A DNA stretch of 63,069 nucleotides, filler included, from Octopus bimaculoides (lineage: Eukaryota), in NCBI RefSeq assembly GCF_001194135.2. It is 3 parts of 3 records of this genome, joined end to end, with 100 filler letters (N's around TTAATTAATTAA, not from the genome) between each part and the next. Parts side by side here need not be neighbours in the genome. Positions count along the whole stretch, not along the records: positions 40,050 to 63,069 come from NC_068994.1; 2 more parts are not named here. One strand, written 5' to 3'. The translations under genes were made by a program, and so were the position numbers. The notes under the pieces were generated by a model. It worked only from the letters and a program-made list of their open reading frames with translations. It was not told the origin of the DNA and did no database searches. Shown here piece by piece: positions 39,950-52,581 of this stretch. Position 1 is the first letter of the stretch. The number at the start of each line of letters is the position of its first letter.

Positions 39950-40049
39950 NNNNNNNNNNNNNNNNNNNNNNNNNNNNNNNNNNNNNNNNNNNNTTAATTA
40001 ATTAANNNNNNNNNNNNNNNNNNNNNNNNNNNNNNNNNNNNNNNNNNNN
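39950..40049. other. Artificial scaffold join: 44 N + TTAATTAATTAA + 44 N
   Basis: Same 100-bp construct as 23306-23405. Confidence 0.95.
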
Positions 40050-40113
40050 AAAATAATATATTCCTCTATACACGATCATACAAAACCCTTTTTTTGTATT
40101 TATTTTTACTCAC

Positions 40114-40171
<58 letters not shown>

Positions 40172-40210
40172 GTGTGTGTGTGTATGTGTGTGTATATGTT
40201 TTTGTGTTTT

Positions 40211-40403
40211 TGTTTGTACCCCCCAACATCGCTTGACAACCGATGTTGGTGTGTTTACGTCCCCGTAACTTAGCGGTTCGGCAAAAGAGACCGATAGAAT
40301 AAGTACTAGGCTTACAAAGAATAAATCTTGGGGTCGATTTGATCGACTAAAGGCAGTGCTCCAGCATGGCCGCAGTCAAATGAGTGAAACAAGTAAAAGA
40401 GTA
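40211..40403 (+). mobile_element. SINE family A tail (near-consensus)
   Basis: CATCGCTTGACAACCGATGTTGG...CCAGCATGGCCGCAGTCAAATGA...GAAACAAGTAAAAGA. Confidence 0.92.
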
Positions 40404-40742
40404 CATTTACTCACATATAAATTTACAATAACGAATATTAGGTTACCGCCTGGTAACTCTTACAGGAGGAATTCAAGTCAACTTCAAGAGACATAATTTA
40501 CCCTACGTTCAACTGGTGCCTTTGAAATGGTTCCGACCCCCAAGGAACCTTTGACCACTCAGAAGGATGCAGAGGTGGTGTACGACCTGGAGTCATGAGC
40601 TGGATATGACCTGAGCCTCCTTCCTTAGAGTGTAAGGAATTATGGGTCGAAACCCCTGCAAAAGAGGGGTGGAACTTCATATACATACATACACATTATA
40701 TACTTATATACATATTACACATATAATATATACATACACACA

Positions 40743-40967
40743 AGGCGGCGAGGAGCTGGCAGAACCGTTGGCACGCAACCGGGCGAAATGCTTCGCAGTA
40801 TTTCGTCTGACTGTGTTCTGAGTTCAAATTCCACCGAGGTCGACTTTGCCTTTCATCCTTTCGGAGTCGATAAATTAAGTATGAGTTGCGTACTGAAGTC
40901 GATCTAATCGACTGCCCCCCCCCCTCCCCCAAAATTTCGAGCCTTGTGCCTAGAGTAGAAAAGAACA
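40743..40967 (+). mobile_element. SINE family B (near full length)
   Basis: AGGCGG...GAGCTGGCAGAA head, GAGTTCAAATTCC B-box, GCCTTTCATCCTTTCGGAGTCGATAAA central domain (resembles the Meta domain as I recall it), AAAATTTCGAGCCTTGTGCC tail. Confidence 0.92.
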
Positions 40968-41742
40968 TACACATACACAATTATTTTGTAATTGAATGCC
41001 ACAAATGTAAAATGTGTTTCGTTCCCTGCTGGAGTTTGTTGAAGAATTAATTAGTTTGAAATGTTTCTTCTTTCTCGGTGTATCACGAGCGATGATGAAG
41101 AAGAAGAAAAACGGAAAAGAGGAAAGGAAAAAGTAATAAAAATGAAGAAATAGGAAGAGTTATTTTTTTTATGAAAAACAATTATACAGTGTTTGGTGGT
41201 GGTGGGGGGGGGGTGTTGAAGCTTGGCAAGAGAGAAAATAAGTTGATAGTTTAAANNNNNNNNNNNNNNNNNNNNNNNNNNNNNNNNNNNNNNNNNNNNN
41301 NNNNNNNNNNNNNNNNNNNNNNNNNNNNNNNNNNNNNNNNNNNNNNNNNNNNNNNNNNNNNNNNNNNNNNNNNNNNNNNNNNNNNNNNNNNNNNNNNNNN
41401 NCCCCCCCCCCTCCCCCAAAATTTCGAGCCTTGTGCCTAGAGTAGAAAAGAACATACACATACACAATTATTTTGTAATTGAATGCCACAAATGTAAAAT
41501 GTGTTTCGTTCCCTGCTGGAGTTTGTTGAAGAATTAATTAGTTTGAAATGTTTCTTCTTTCTCGGTGTATCACGAGCGATGATGAAGAAGAAGAAAAACG
41601 GAAAAGAGGAAAGGAAAAAGTAATAAAAATGAAGAAATAGGAAGAGTTATTTTTTTTATGAAAAACAATTATACAGTGTTTGGTGGTGGTGGGGGGGGGG
41701 TGTTGAAGCTTGGCAAGAGAGAAAATAAGTTGATAGTTTAAA
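40915..41742. repeat. Identical 341-bp direct duplication flanking a gap (likely assembly artefact)
   Basis: 40915-41255 equals 41402-41742, including homopolymer lengths. Confidence 0.9.
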
Positions 41743-42290
41743 AAATAAACAGTGGATTCCATTATTTATGAGAAGAGCGAGATAAACTTAGAGCAGCTAA
41801 TTCTGAAATAAAATTGACAGTGATTAAAAATAAGCAGTGCTTAAAAATAGGGGATATCACATGGCGAATATATATATATACATATATACAATGTGAAACA
41901 GTAAGAAAAAAGAAACTTTATTGGAATACTGGAAGTTCGTTGATGTAAGAGTATAAGCAGGTGAGCCTACTACAAAGTAAATAAATATGGTGCATGGAGT
42001 ATGTAGCTAGGCGGTGGAAGTTATGGCGAATTAGTAATAAAAACATAAATATAAGTTTCCAAACTGATTTAGAGAGTTTATGTTTCTAATAATTGCATGA
42101 ACTCGTGTCTACCGTTGTCTGTTACAAGTCCATGTGTCGAGCAGAGATATCGCAAAACTGAATTAATGCAACTGAATTTTGGAGTCAGCATTTTGCGCCA
42201 AAAGTACATTAAACTTTACTGTTTTACAGTTTGGGAAGAGTGAAGATACAACGATTATACTTTACATTTAAGGACAACACAAGTGCGATT

Positions 42291-42331
<41 letters not shown>

Positions 42332-42774
42332 NNNNNNNNNNNNNNNNNNNNNNNNNNNNNNNNNNNNNNNNNNNNNNNNNNNNNNNNNNNNNNNNNNNNN
42401 NNNNNNNNNNNNNNNNNNNNNNNNNNNNNNNNNNNNNNNNNNNNNNNNNNNNNNNNNNNNNNNNNNNNNNNNNNNNNNNNNNNNNNNNNNNNNNNNNNNN
42501 NNNNNNNNNNNNNNNNNNNNNNNNNNNNNNNNNNNNNNNNNNNNNNNNNNNNNNNNNNNNNNNNNNNNNNNNNNNNNNNNNNNNNNNNNNNNNNNNNNNN
42601 NNNNNNNNNNNNNNNNNNNNNNNNNNNNNNNNNNNNNNNNNNNNNNNNNNNNNNNNNNNNNNNNNNNNNNNNNNNNNNNNNNNNNNNNNNNNNNNNNNNN
42701 NNNNNNNNNNNNNNNNNNNNNNNNNNNNNNNNNNNNNNNNNNNNNNNNNNNNNNNNNNNNNNNNNNNNNNNNNN

Positions 42775-42815
<41 letters not shown>

Positions 42816-43856
42816 GTATATAGATAGATAGATAGACAGAAAGATAAATGCGCACCTGTATACATAATTATACTAATGTCATTAATGTGTGAACATTTTT
42901 TAAAGCAAACATATATTCATATTTTTCTTGATGCAAATAAATATGTGTATGTGTGTATATATACACACAGATAATGAAAAGGAAGGAAGGAAATTCTAGT
43001 GCGCATGCGTGTCATTTCACATTTTTTTTCAGGTTGTCAGTGGCTACCAGGCTGATAACTGTTGGGGTGAACTCATTAATCATAGTTTCAAACAGATGTC
43101 TCATCAGCAGGATGTCGGCTTTGAACTCCTGATTAGCTGTCTGTTTAGTATGGCTCTGATCTTTTGAACCTCGCTGATTCCATGTCGAGATTCCACATTT
43201 CAATCTTGTGATTGCAGCTTTCCTATTTCAAATCTCCGCTGTTTACTGTTTGACTCCATACTGGGAACGAAATGCATTTTCTCTCTCTGGTTCTCGACTT
43301 TATCCTTCTTAATTATGTATCATAATTTATTTTCTTCGTTACAGGATTCCAACTACATAATGATTTTTATTTTCTCAATGTATCTCACAGTCAGAATTAC
43401 AAAAGTTGCAAAAGACGTCTTTTGCATTCTCTGGGATGCATCATCAGTGATAATACAGGAATGGTTTGGCATTTTGAATCATTCGACCTCAAATCTGCTC
43501 GCCCAGCTGATCCAGTCGGGGTCGATCAGGCTTCTGCTTGCATCTCACTGCAACGATCATGAGCAACCAGAGAAACTGCGACTGCTAATGCCTCATGCTA
43601 TAAATACTATGCGCCCTCATACGCGAGGGAAATTACAAACGTGATCCCGGTCTGTCGTAGCAACAACCACCATCCCTGAAACCGAGGTTTCATAATCAAC
43701 ACTGAAGGTAAAGAGATTTTAACGAATGAACGATTTCAATTTCCCGGTTTATTCCGATGCGAAGGAGCTAAATTCATTTGCCAAGACGTGGCCCATGATG
43801 ACTCCCCGCTCCCAGCGTTGTCAGAAATCTCTGCCTTAAGCTGACCATTCTCGGAG

Positions 43857-44108
43857 GGTGTAGTCGAGCAATTCACCCTTCAGCACTTATTCTGGTATTT
43901 ATCAGTCACTTCTGCTGAACAGCTAAGTTATGGGGTTGGGGCGCAAACACTAATAGATATATGATGGACTTCCACATAGTTTCCGTCTGCCAGATTCACT
44001 CACAAGGCACTAGTCGGCCTGGGGCTATTGTTGAAGGCACTTGCTCAAGATGGATTGAACCCAAAACTTCGTGCTTGCAAAGCGAACTTCATAACCACGC
44101 AGCCTGTA
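43857..44108 (-). mobile_element. SINE family A (diverged)
   Basis: AGTTTCCGTCTGCCAGATTCACTCACAAGG...GGATTGAACCC. Confidence 0.75.
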
Positions 44109-45596
44109 TCAATGCTTTTTTTTTTTTACCAAAGATAATCAAATATGGCGTTCAACTTCAGATATTATTTATTGTTTAGAGATGTTTCTCTGATTCGACG
44201 TGGGATTAGTGAAAGTCGAAAACTCACAAAAAGTCCGAAAACAACCCCAGCCCTTCACCCACACACCTTCATTTACATCTAATTAACACATACATACAAC
44301 TACATGTCACACACACAACACCGTACACTGCACCACCACCACCACCTCCCTAATGTAAATTTATGCTATTTTTGATACTTGCAATTAGTTCGTTTCATAC
44401 TAATTATGTGAATTACAAATGTCCAAAATTGCAACTCTTGCTAAAAGTCAAAATTTTTATGATTTAACAACCGGGAGATGATTAGGTTTCGCTGACGAGA
44501 ATTAATAAGGCCGAAACATATTCATATATTTCATTAAGTTCTCTGTGAAACATAAGCTGTTATCCTAATCATAATAATAATTTGTTTATAAACTTCTTTA
44601 AATGACCTCTCCTTTTTTCTTTGACGCTCACTAAGAATTGCCGTTAAGTTTGTCATTCCGCATATCAACATCCCGCTGATTTCTTCCCATCCATACCATT
44701 AAGCCTCTTGACTTATTTCTCTTCGCTTATCAATTTTGTACCACTAACACTCTAGTTAGGCGGATGCATATTCGTGTTTCTGTGGGCTTATCTCTCCAGA
44801 CCGGTTATCAAATTACATTCAAACCACGTTGAGATGTCTCGTTATCATCTAATCGGACCAGATAAAAACAAAATAACTTTAAGGTTGTCCGGCGTGTTTA
44901 TGAAGAATATTCCTATTGCAAGACGTGTGTGTGTGTGTGTGTTTGCGTGAGTTATATATAATGCGCATGTGTTCTATAATCAAAATTGCACGTAATATAT
45001 GCACAGACATACACGTACGTGTGTGTGTGTGTGTGTGTATTTTACTGTTGAACTGTACAAAACAACCAATTTTTATTGCTATAATGTTCGTATACTAATG
45101 ACCATCTGTTCAATTACATGGTCATGGGCTAATAACAATGGTCTATGGCAACATCATTAATATTGACGTTCAAACCACTTCAGTTCTTCTACTTAAGATA
45201 TCAAGTAAAGAAAGCAACAGGTTTTTGTTGGAAACGTTGATAATTTGTCTCCAGAGATACAGGAGAGAAACACTCTTCTACTTGATCGCAGAAATAACTG
45301 CCAAAACATTCCTAAATCAACCACTGCCGTGTTAAAAACAATGAATGATATCTCAAACTACATTGAATAATAATGCAGTATCAGAAATAAGCTGGATGGC
45401 CATACTGGAACGGTTTGAATTATTGGTAGGAACGAGCAAAACAATATTTACAAAATACTGACTTTCGTACAACTCCCCCCCCCCCCCGTACTGAGTGAAG
45501 AGAATCCGTTTTTAGCCAGAAACGCTGATATTTCCTCATCCCTCAGAGCACAGTCCTTGGGTAGAGTGTCCTCAGTTGACCAATGTCTTGTAGATG

Positions 45597-45900
45597 GGGC
45601 ATCGTGTTGAGGGTTTAAGTCGAACAAATCGACACCACGAAATCTTTTTTAAGTCTGATACTTAACCTATTGCTCTCCAAACCGAACCGTTAAGTTACGG
45701 GGATGTAAGCAAACCAACACCGGTTGTCAAGTGGAGGGACGAACAAGCACACGCATATACTCACGACAGACTTCCACACAGTTTTCGTCTACCGAATTCA
45801 CTCACAAGGTACTGGTCGGCCCAGGGCTACAGAAGATACTTAGCTAAGATGCCGCACAGAGGGACTGAACCCGAAACCACGTAGTTGCATAGCCATGTCT
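45597..45900 (-). mobile_element. SINE family A (diverged)
   Basis: GTCGAACAAATCGAC tail; CGTCTACCGAATTCACTCACAAGG...GGGACTGAACCC head. Confidence 0.8.
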
Positions 45901-45950
45901 GTGTGTGTGTATAATATTAATAAAAGTTTGACTCTCACACACACACACAA

Positions 45951-46000
<50 letters not shown>

Positions 46001-46982
46001 GCGCGCGCGCATATTCATACGCTCATATTATACTTTTACATACATCGACATTGAGTCACTCATAATTAGATGTGTGTGTGTGTGTATACATATACACAGA
46101 AATGTACGCGTGTATATAGGAATGTCAGTTTTTTTTTTTGTTTTGTTAATCAGTCACAGATCGAATCACACTCTCTTATCCAATTTAAAATATTTATTTT
46201 AATTATTTTATATAATTGAAACTATTTTAAAAGCAGATTTAATCNNNNNNNNNNNNNNNNNNNNNNNNNNNNNNNNNNNNNNNNNNNNNNNNNNNNNNNN
46301 NNNNNNNNNNNNNNNNNNNNNNNNNNNNNNNNNNNNNNNNNNNNNNNNNNNNNNNNNNNNNNNNNNNNNNNNNNNNNNNNNNNNNNNNNNNNNNNNNNNN
46401 NNNNNNNNNNNNNNNNNNNNNNNNNNNNNNNNNNNNNNNNNNNNNNNNNNNNNNNNNNNNNNNNNNNNNNNNNNNNNNNNNNNNNNNNNNNNNNNNNNNN
46501 NNNNNNNNNNNNNNNNNNNNNNNNNNNNNNNNNNNNNNNNNNNNNNNNNNNNNNNNNNNNNNNNNNNNNNNNNNNNNNNNNNNNNNNNNNNNNNNNNNNN
46601 NNNNNNNNNNNNNNNNNNNNNNNNNNNNNNNNNNNNNNNNNNNNNNNNNNNNNNNNNNNNNNNNNNNNNNNNNNNNNNNNNNNNNNNNNNNNNNNNNNNN
46701 NNNNNNNNNNNNNNNNNNNNNNNNNNNNNNNNNNNNNNNNNNNNNNNNNNNNNNNNNNNNNNNNNNNNNNNNNNNNNNNNNNNNNNNNNNNNNNNNNNNN
46801 NNNNNNNNNNNNNNNNNNNNNTGTTGTTGTTACTGCTGCTGCTGCTGTAATGTTGCTCTGCCAACCCCAACCCCCTCCCTTCATCCTTCCCACCTCCCCA
46901 GTTGTTTTCATTTCCCAAAACTCTCAATGCAAAACTAACAGGTTTCAAGATTGTATTCCACTGACATAATTAATGGTCCGCA

Positions 46983-47027
<45 letters not shown>

Positions 47028-47651
47028 AGTATGACTATCTTTTCACACACATTTCATTCCTTCCAACCCAGTTTTCTCTGTTATTATTTTCATGGTTTCT
47101 GTCGCTCAGTTGGACCAGTTTCTTTCTTTCTTCCTTTCCTTCCTTCTTGTTTCTCCCCCTCTCTCTCTCTCTCTCTCTGTCCTGTCCCCTCCTTCCCACT
47201 CCATTATCCCCTCACTTGACAGCAAGATGGAAAAGACAAAAGCTGAATTAAATGTGAAATTTGAAGATTTAATTGCATTAAAAAAAATCCATCATCATTG
47301 TCATCATCATCGGCGACAACAACAACAGAAATCAGATGAGCAACTACAACAACACGGATAAAATAGAAAACTGCTGCGGTTGCCTTAATTACTGGTATAA
47401 GATGAAGTGGGGGAGAAAGTAACAGAATGGCATTGTGGGTAGGGTTGATAATAGGGGACTAGTGAAGAATTGATGTCAATGAATGAGAAAAGAAGATTAT
47501 GTTTTAGAGGAGAGGGTGTGAAGTTAGAGGGGAGGGGACTGAATAGAAAGTAGAGGAATTAAAGACTGAGCAAGATTGAAGATTGATGACTAAAGACAAT
47601 ATACTGGAGGAATCTGGGAAGTGAAGATTGGGGACATAATGTTTTCTAATT

Positions 47652-47755
47652 TAGGAAACTTTGACGGGAGGGGTTAGCCGATTCCATCACGCCCGGTGCT
47701 TCACTGGTACTTATTGTGTGTAAAGTTGACTTTAGCGGGATTTGAATTCAGTAAG
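47652..47755 (-). mobile_element. SINE family B fragment
   Basis: ACTGGTACTTATT...AAAGTTGACTTTAGCGGGATTTGAATTCAG. Confidence 0.6.
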
Positions 47756-47949
47756 AGTCTGAATAAATAAATCTTTTCTCTATTCCTCATTGAGGATTTA
47801 TATAGAAAGATCGGGGGCAGCACAGGACAAAAGTAGTGGGATTTAATGGTGTCAAAAAATGTAATAACAATAAAAATTATAACAAATAAATTACCAAAAG
47901 AGTTTCCAAGGGCTACTCGTGGAAACCCCACAAAAACCACAACCCCCCT

Positions 47950-50886
47950 GACCTCTAGGGCAAGTTCCCTCTCCACCTCGTCTAATCTCGATCTAGCAGC
48001 CTGTAAAGTTTATCCAGAACTGGCTGCGCCCCTCGGTAGCACTGCCAGGCAAGGGATTTCTGGAATTTATATCCATAGGCCCAGGCCCGAAAGTTCTCCG
48101 AAACAGACCCGTTAGATGATCTTCATCGACGCCCAGAATTTCCCTGAGAACGTCGTCGCATTTTCCTCCACTAGTTCTCTATAGAACGCAAGAGTGGAAC
48201 TGCCACCGGCCGTATTGCCCGCCGAGCAGAGGGCAGTGAGCGCTCGACGGCACTCGAGGTGCCAAGCGCCCCTCCTCGGTCTACGCCTAATCCACGATTG
48301 CAGCTCAGTCAGAGACAAGCTGTGGAAAAGGCTTTCTTACAAACGGTGACCACACCTTCTCACCGTCCAGGAAACTCTGGAGATGCCGCAACCTCAGCGC
48401 ATGTCTGAACATCAGTAACCACGGCATGCCCAACCCTCCATTCAGCGGCTTTTGACAGCAGATGGAGCGCCTGACCCATGGAATGCGCCCCTTCCACAGA
48501 AAGTGGAAGAGTAAGCACACCAGCTTGGTCAAGCAGCAAACGGGGCAAGGGACGACGGTCAAGCGGTAATAAATGATGGATGTACACATTCGCTACCTCC
48601 GCTCGACCTTTCAGGGACAGCTTCCTCTCGGCCCTTTTCTGGGTGACATTCGCTACCCTGCTCGTCACCTCGTCCCAGTTTTTCTACACCTGCAAGTCTG
48701 ACCAAACCAGATTCCGAGCAACTTAACAGGACCGTCTGTCCAGCGCCCCACCACGCTGTTGGACGGCGTGGACTTGCCTCTCCAGGTGCCGAGTTGCAAG
48801 TCCTCTGACTTTTCCGCGTTAATTTTGGCACCTGAAACCGCTTCATATTCCTGTAGTGTTTCGCCAATCAGGTCTATATGCCTGTGGCTCGACACTATGA
48901 CGGTGACATCATCAGCGTAAGTAGACACACTTCATCCACATCCTAGATCACGTGGGACACCCCTCAAAGCTTCCAACTTCCGCAGTAATGGCTCAAGAGT
49001 CAGTACATTGAGAAAGGAGGAAAGAGGGCATCCTTGACGGACCGATTGCAAGATACTGAATGGCTCCGACAGGTGACTATTCACCCGAACAAACCGAGCA
49101 GATGCCGCTGTACGAAGCAGTGATCCAACCACGGAAGATTGGACTGAAACCGGCTGCACTAAGGACAGCTGCCAACTATTGACGGTCGACCCTATCAAAG
49201 GTTTTAGATTGATTTAAATTGATCAGGGGCCCACCCATGCCAGCTTCGTTACCCACCTTCTCTATGATGTAGCGCATAAGATGGATGTTATCATGAATAC
49301 TCCTGGTTGGGATGGCACATGTTTGCCCCTTGCCAACCAACTTGTCTACGACAAGTGCCAACCTCTTGTCTAACACCTTGGCCAAAATCTTCAGCTCTCC
49401 ATAACGTCCCCCTTGTTTGGGTCCTTTCTCAGCAGTGCCACCACCCCTCGACAAACAAAAGAAGGAATTCTCCCGGTTTTTTTTTTTTTGCCAGTTGCAG
49501 TAGACGTCTGCTAAGCGGCCCGCAAACAAGTCTAGCATTGAAATGTAAAGCTCGTAGGGCAGACCATCCAAACCCGGCGATCTGCCTCTCGTGCAACTTT
49601 TCATCGCTTCCTGTACTTCCCAGGCTGTTATCGGCCTTTCGCAGCACTCCGCCTCGTTTGCTGAGAGTCGCGGCAGGCGGTGCAGGTAGACACCGAAGTC
49701 TGCCGTGTTATCCGTCCCACCGCTCGTCCCAAACAGTCGAGCAAATTACTGCTGAAAGGCTGCACACATCTGCTTCGATTCGAACACCTCACACTCGTTC
49801 TGGTCTACCAAAGACGGAATGGTGGCTTTGTTGCCGCCATTATCCTCCGCAACGCGGGCCCATCGTGACGCTTTCGTTCCCTCTCCGCTTAGTGATAACG
49901 CAGCCTTCGTGTTTGGCGTCGAAAAATTGGTCAAGGGCCAATCTCGCCGCCAACACGTCAGTTGCGATGCCTGTCCTAAACGCCTCATCTAACTTTCTAA
50001 ATAAATCTCCCGCTATTCTATTTCTTTCTTCCGCTAATGCCTTGCTAAACCTAATCGATTCTACTCTAATTGCTCTTTTAAGAGCAAACCACCAGTTGTT
50101 GTTGACGATTGCCCACGTCAACGCCCGCTTAACTAATTCGTTAATCCGGTCTCTGTAAGTTGGACACGCCGGTAACGATGTGTTCAGCTTCCAGTAACCG
50201 GGACCCTGTCTATGAAGACTTTCTAAGTCGACCGTACAGATCACAAATATGTGGTCTGTGTAGCCGACCATGTGGAATTGTGGACACCCTATACTAACCT
50301 TGTCCCCCAACCTACAACATACCCTATCTAGATACGATCAGGACGACTCGATGCGGTTTGTCCAAGTCCACATTGGCACATTCGGGTAATCTAGTCGGTA
50401 CCTGTCACATAATTAAAAACGTGTGAGCAGGTTTTGGAGGCGTTTGCACCCCGCTCTCCAATCAGATACACCCACGCAAACAAAACGTCCATCTAAGACA
50501 GCGTTCTAATCCCTTACTAATACTAGTGTCCGAGACGTTCCCAGGAAGACCTCCAGGCACTTGAAGTAATCAGACCGCCCTGCCCCTGACCGAGCATAGG
50601 CAGCCACCAATCTGAAAGCACCGCCGTCAATGCTGTTCACATCTAAGACCACCGACTAACTTTCCGGATCCAGGAAGACTGCCTTTATTTTCAAATCCAG
50701 AAGAGCACCACACCACCCCTCCTGGCCGACACGGAGATAGAAAAATCTCGTATCCGCCGAAAAAGGTGATGAGATCCCGTGGGTCGGATAGTCTGGATTC
50801 ACATCTACACTAAGGTACTTCAGGTCATTTAAAAGGTGACCCGAGGCACTGACATTTATACAACCTACTCTGAGCGTTGTCACCAT
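47950..50886 (-). pseudogene. LINE ORF2 (APE endonuclease + reverse transcriptase), disrupted
   Basis: LRVGCINV, SYLDR, YTDH, GPGYWKLNTSL; SPGLDGLPYELY, KILAKVL, KTFDRVD, VRQGCPLS, TYADDVT (48905-48919); LAWQCYRG. Confidence 0.93.
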
Positions 50887-52581
50887 TGTAAAATAAAATT
50901 AAGCTGGAGAAGAGCTCTACTTACCATTATTGTTTCTGGTTTCTTGTTGTGGGGGTTTCCACGAGGTTCAAAGAACAGTCTTTTCGAAAATGTTGTTTTT
51001 TTTTTCAAAAGACCCAACAGCATTTCGGAAGTTGATTTTTAATGTGCTGCACGTGTCCTGCTTTAGTTTTTAAATTTGTGTGTTGGTGGTGGTGGTGGTG
51101 GTGGTGGTGGTGTATTGTGTGTTGGAAAGAGAAAGTCTTCCATTGGGGTGTCTGTGTGATTGTCTGATGTATTTAACAAGGTGTGTGTTGTCGGTGTCGA
51201 TGGCTGTGAGGCTGGTGGTGCTTGTGCCGTGTACTGTGTCGGTGTTTGAGATGGGAGGGTTGTTGGTGTTGTTGTTTGATGTGTGTTGCTTGTTGCTGCT
51301 GCTGGGAATTTCCTCCTGTTTGCGCTTCTCCCTCTTTTTTTCTACTGTCTTTCTTTTCCTTTTGGGAGATGGGGGAGGGGTAGTTTGCCACTCTCCCTTC
51401 TCGGCCTCAATACNNNNNNNNNNNNNNNNNNNNNNNNNNNNNNNNNNNNNNNNNNNNNNNNNNNNNNNNNNNNNNNNNNNNNNNNNNNNNNNNNNNNNNN
51501 NNNNNNNNNNNNNNGTGGTGGTGGTGGTGGTGGTACTCCGTCCAATTGTTTTGGTGTTGGGGTTGGTGATGCCCTGGCAACGGCTGGAGGCAGCGTTACT
51601 GTTGGTGGTGATGGGACTGGTTTCTGCTGCTGCCGTTGCACCGGAGCTTCACCCCCCACCGCTTCTGCTGTCGCTTGCAGCTTCCCTCTCATCTCTTTGT
51701 GTTTGGTGCAGTCGACCTTGAGGTGCTGGTCGCTCCCACAAAAGTAACACCTCGGCCGTCTGCCCTCCACGGCCACGTGCAGTCTCGTGCCGTCTGGTAA
51801 AGGTATGGCATCAGGGATAGAATTTAGGGCCTCTTGTTCAATTTGACCAATCCCTGACCCGTCCAATTTTCTTAGTGTAATTCATGCACCACCAGCCAGC
51901 ATATATTTATTTCAGGGGACACCTCCGCAATTTCAATTTTTCTAACGCGCCGACCAAGATATGTCGGCCCGAGTATCGGGTCCTCCGATATTAATGGCGT
52001 TCTCCAATGTTTTCCTGCTTCCTCCTCCGTTGCGAAGCGCATTTCCAGTGTCAAATCATTTTCCCCGTGTCACATAAATTTGGTTTTTCCAGATCGGTTT
52101 CAGTATCAATTCCAGCTGTTTTTGTATTGCTCTTCCCAAAGCCTTTTTTTTTTCTTGTTTATACATTTGTATGTAATTGTTTTACGGTTTGTGTCCTTTA
52201 TGATTTCTTTTTGGGGTATTTAGTGAGACATTATTGCCTTGTTTCACTAACAGCTCCTTTGAATTTTTTAAAAATCCTCTAATGTGAGGTTTAATTTTTC
52301 TCGCGTTTGTGTCGCCGCGGAAGCGAAACCGTGTCCGCTTGATTTGTCCTTTTCGCTCGTGCTGGTATTTTTGTTTTTTATTTTGCTCGTCGTTCTTTTA
52401 CTTCTTCATGTCGGTGGTGGCGATGATGGCGTCTACTTGACTTTTCTTTTTCTGTATCAATCGTGGTGCAGGTGTTAATAGTGAATTTCCTACTGCTACT
52501 TGTGCTGTTCAGAGGAGGGAAGTCTTGGCTGAACTGGCTGTTAGAACAGCCACTGCCACTATCCTCGACAGAGGAAGCCAT
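50880..52581 (-). pseudogene. LINE ORF1 (gag-like, zinc knuckle), disrupted
   Basis: Starts MASSVEDSGSG at 52581; RPRCYFCGSDQHLKVDC is CX2CX4HX4C; basic N-terminus and low-complexity C-terminus. Confidence 0.85.

Noticed and set aside
40915-41742. 341-bp tandem duplication as a biological segmental repeat
   Set aside because: 100% identical including homopolymers and separated only by Ns; typical unmerged contig overlap.
44491-44520. CTGACGA...GAAAC hammerhead core
   Set aside because: No stem II pairing, and no stem III or UH site after GAAAC; too degenerate to call.
47224-47361. Plus-strand ORF MEKTKAELNVKFEDLIALKK...
   Set aside because: The acceptor is supplied by a (CT)n repeat, the ORF runs into CAT/CAA repeats, and no partner exons were found.
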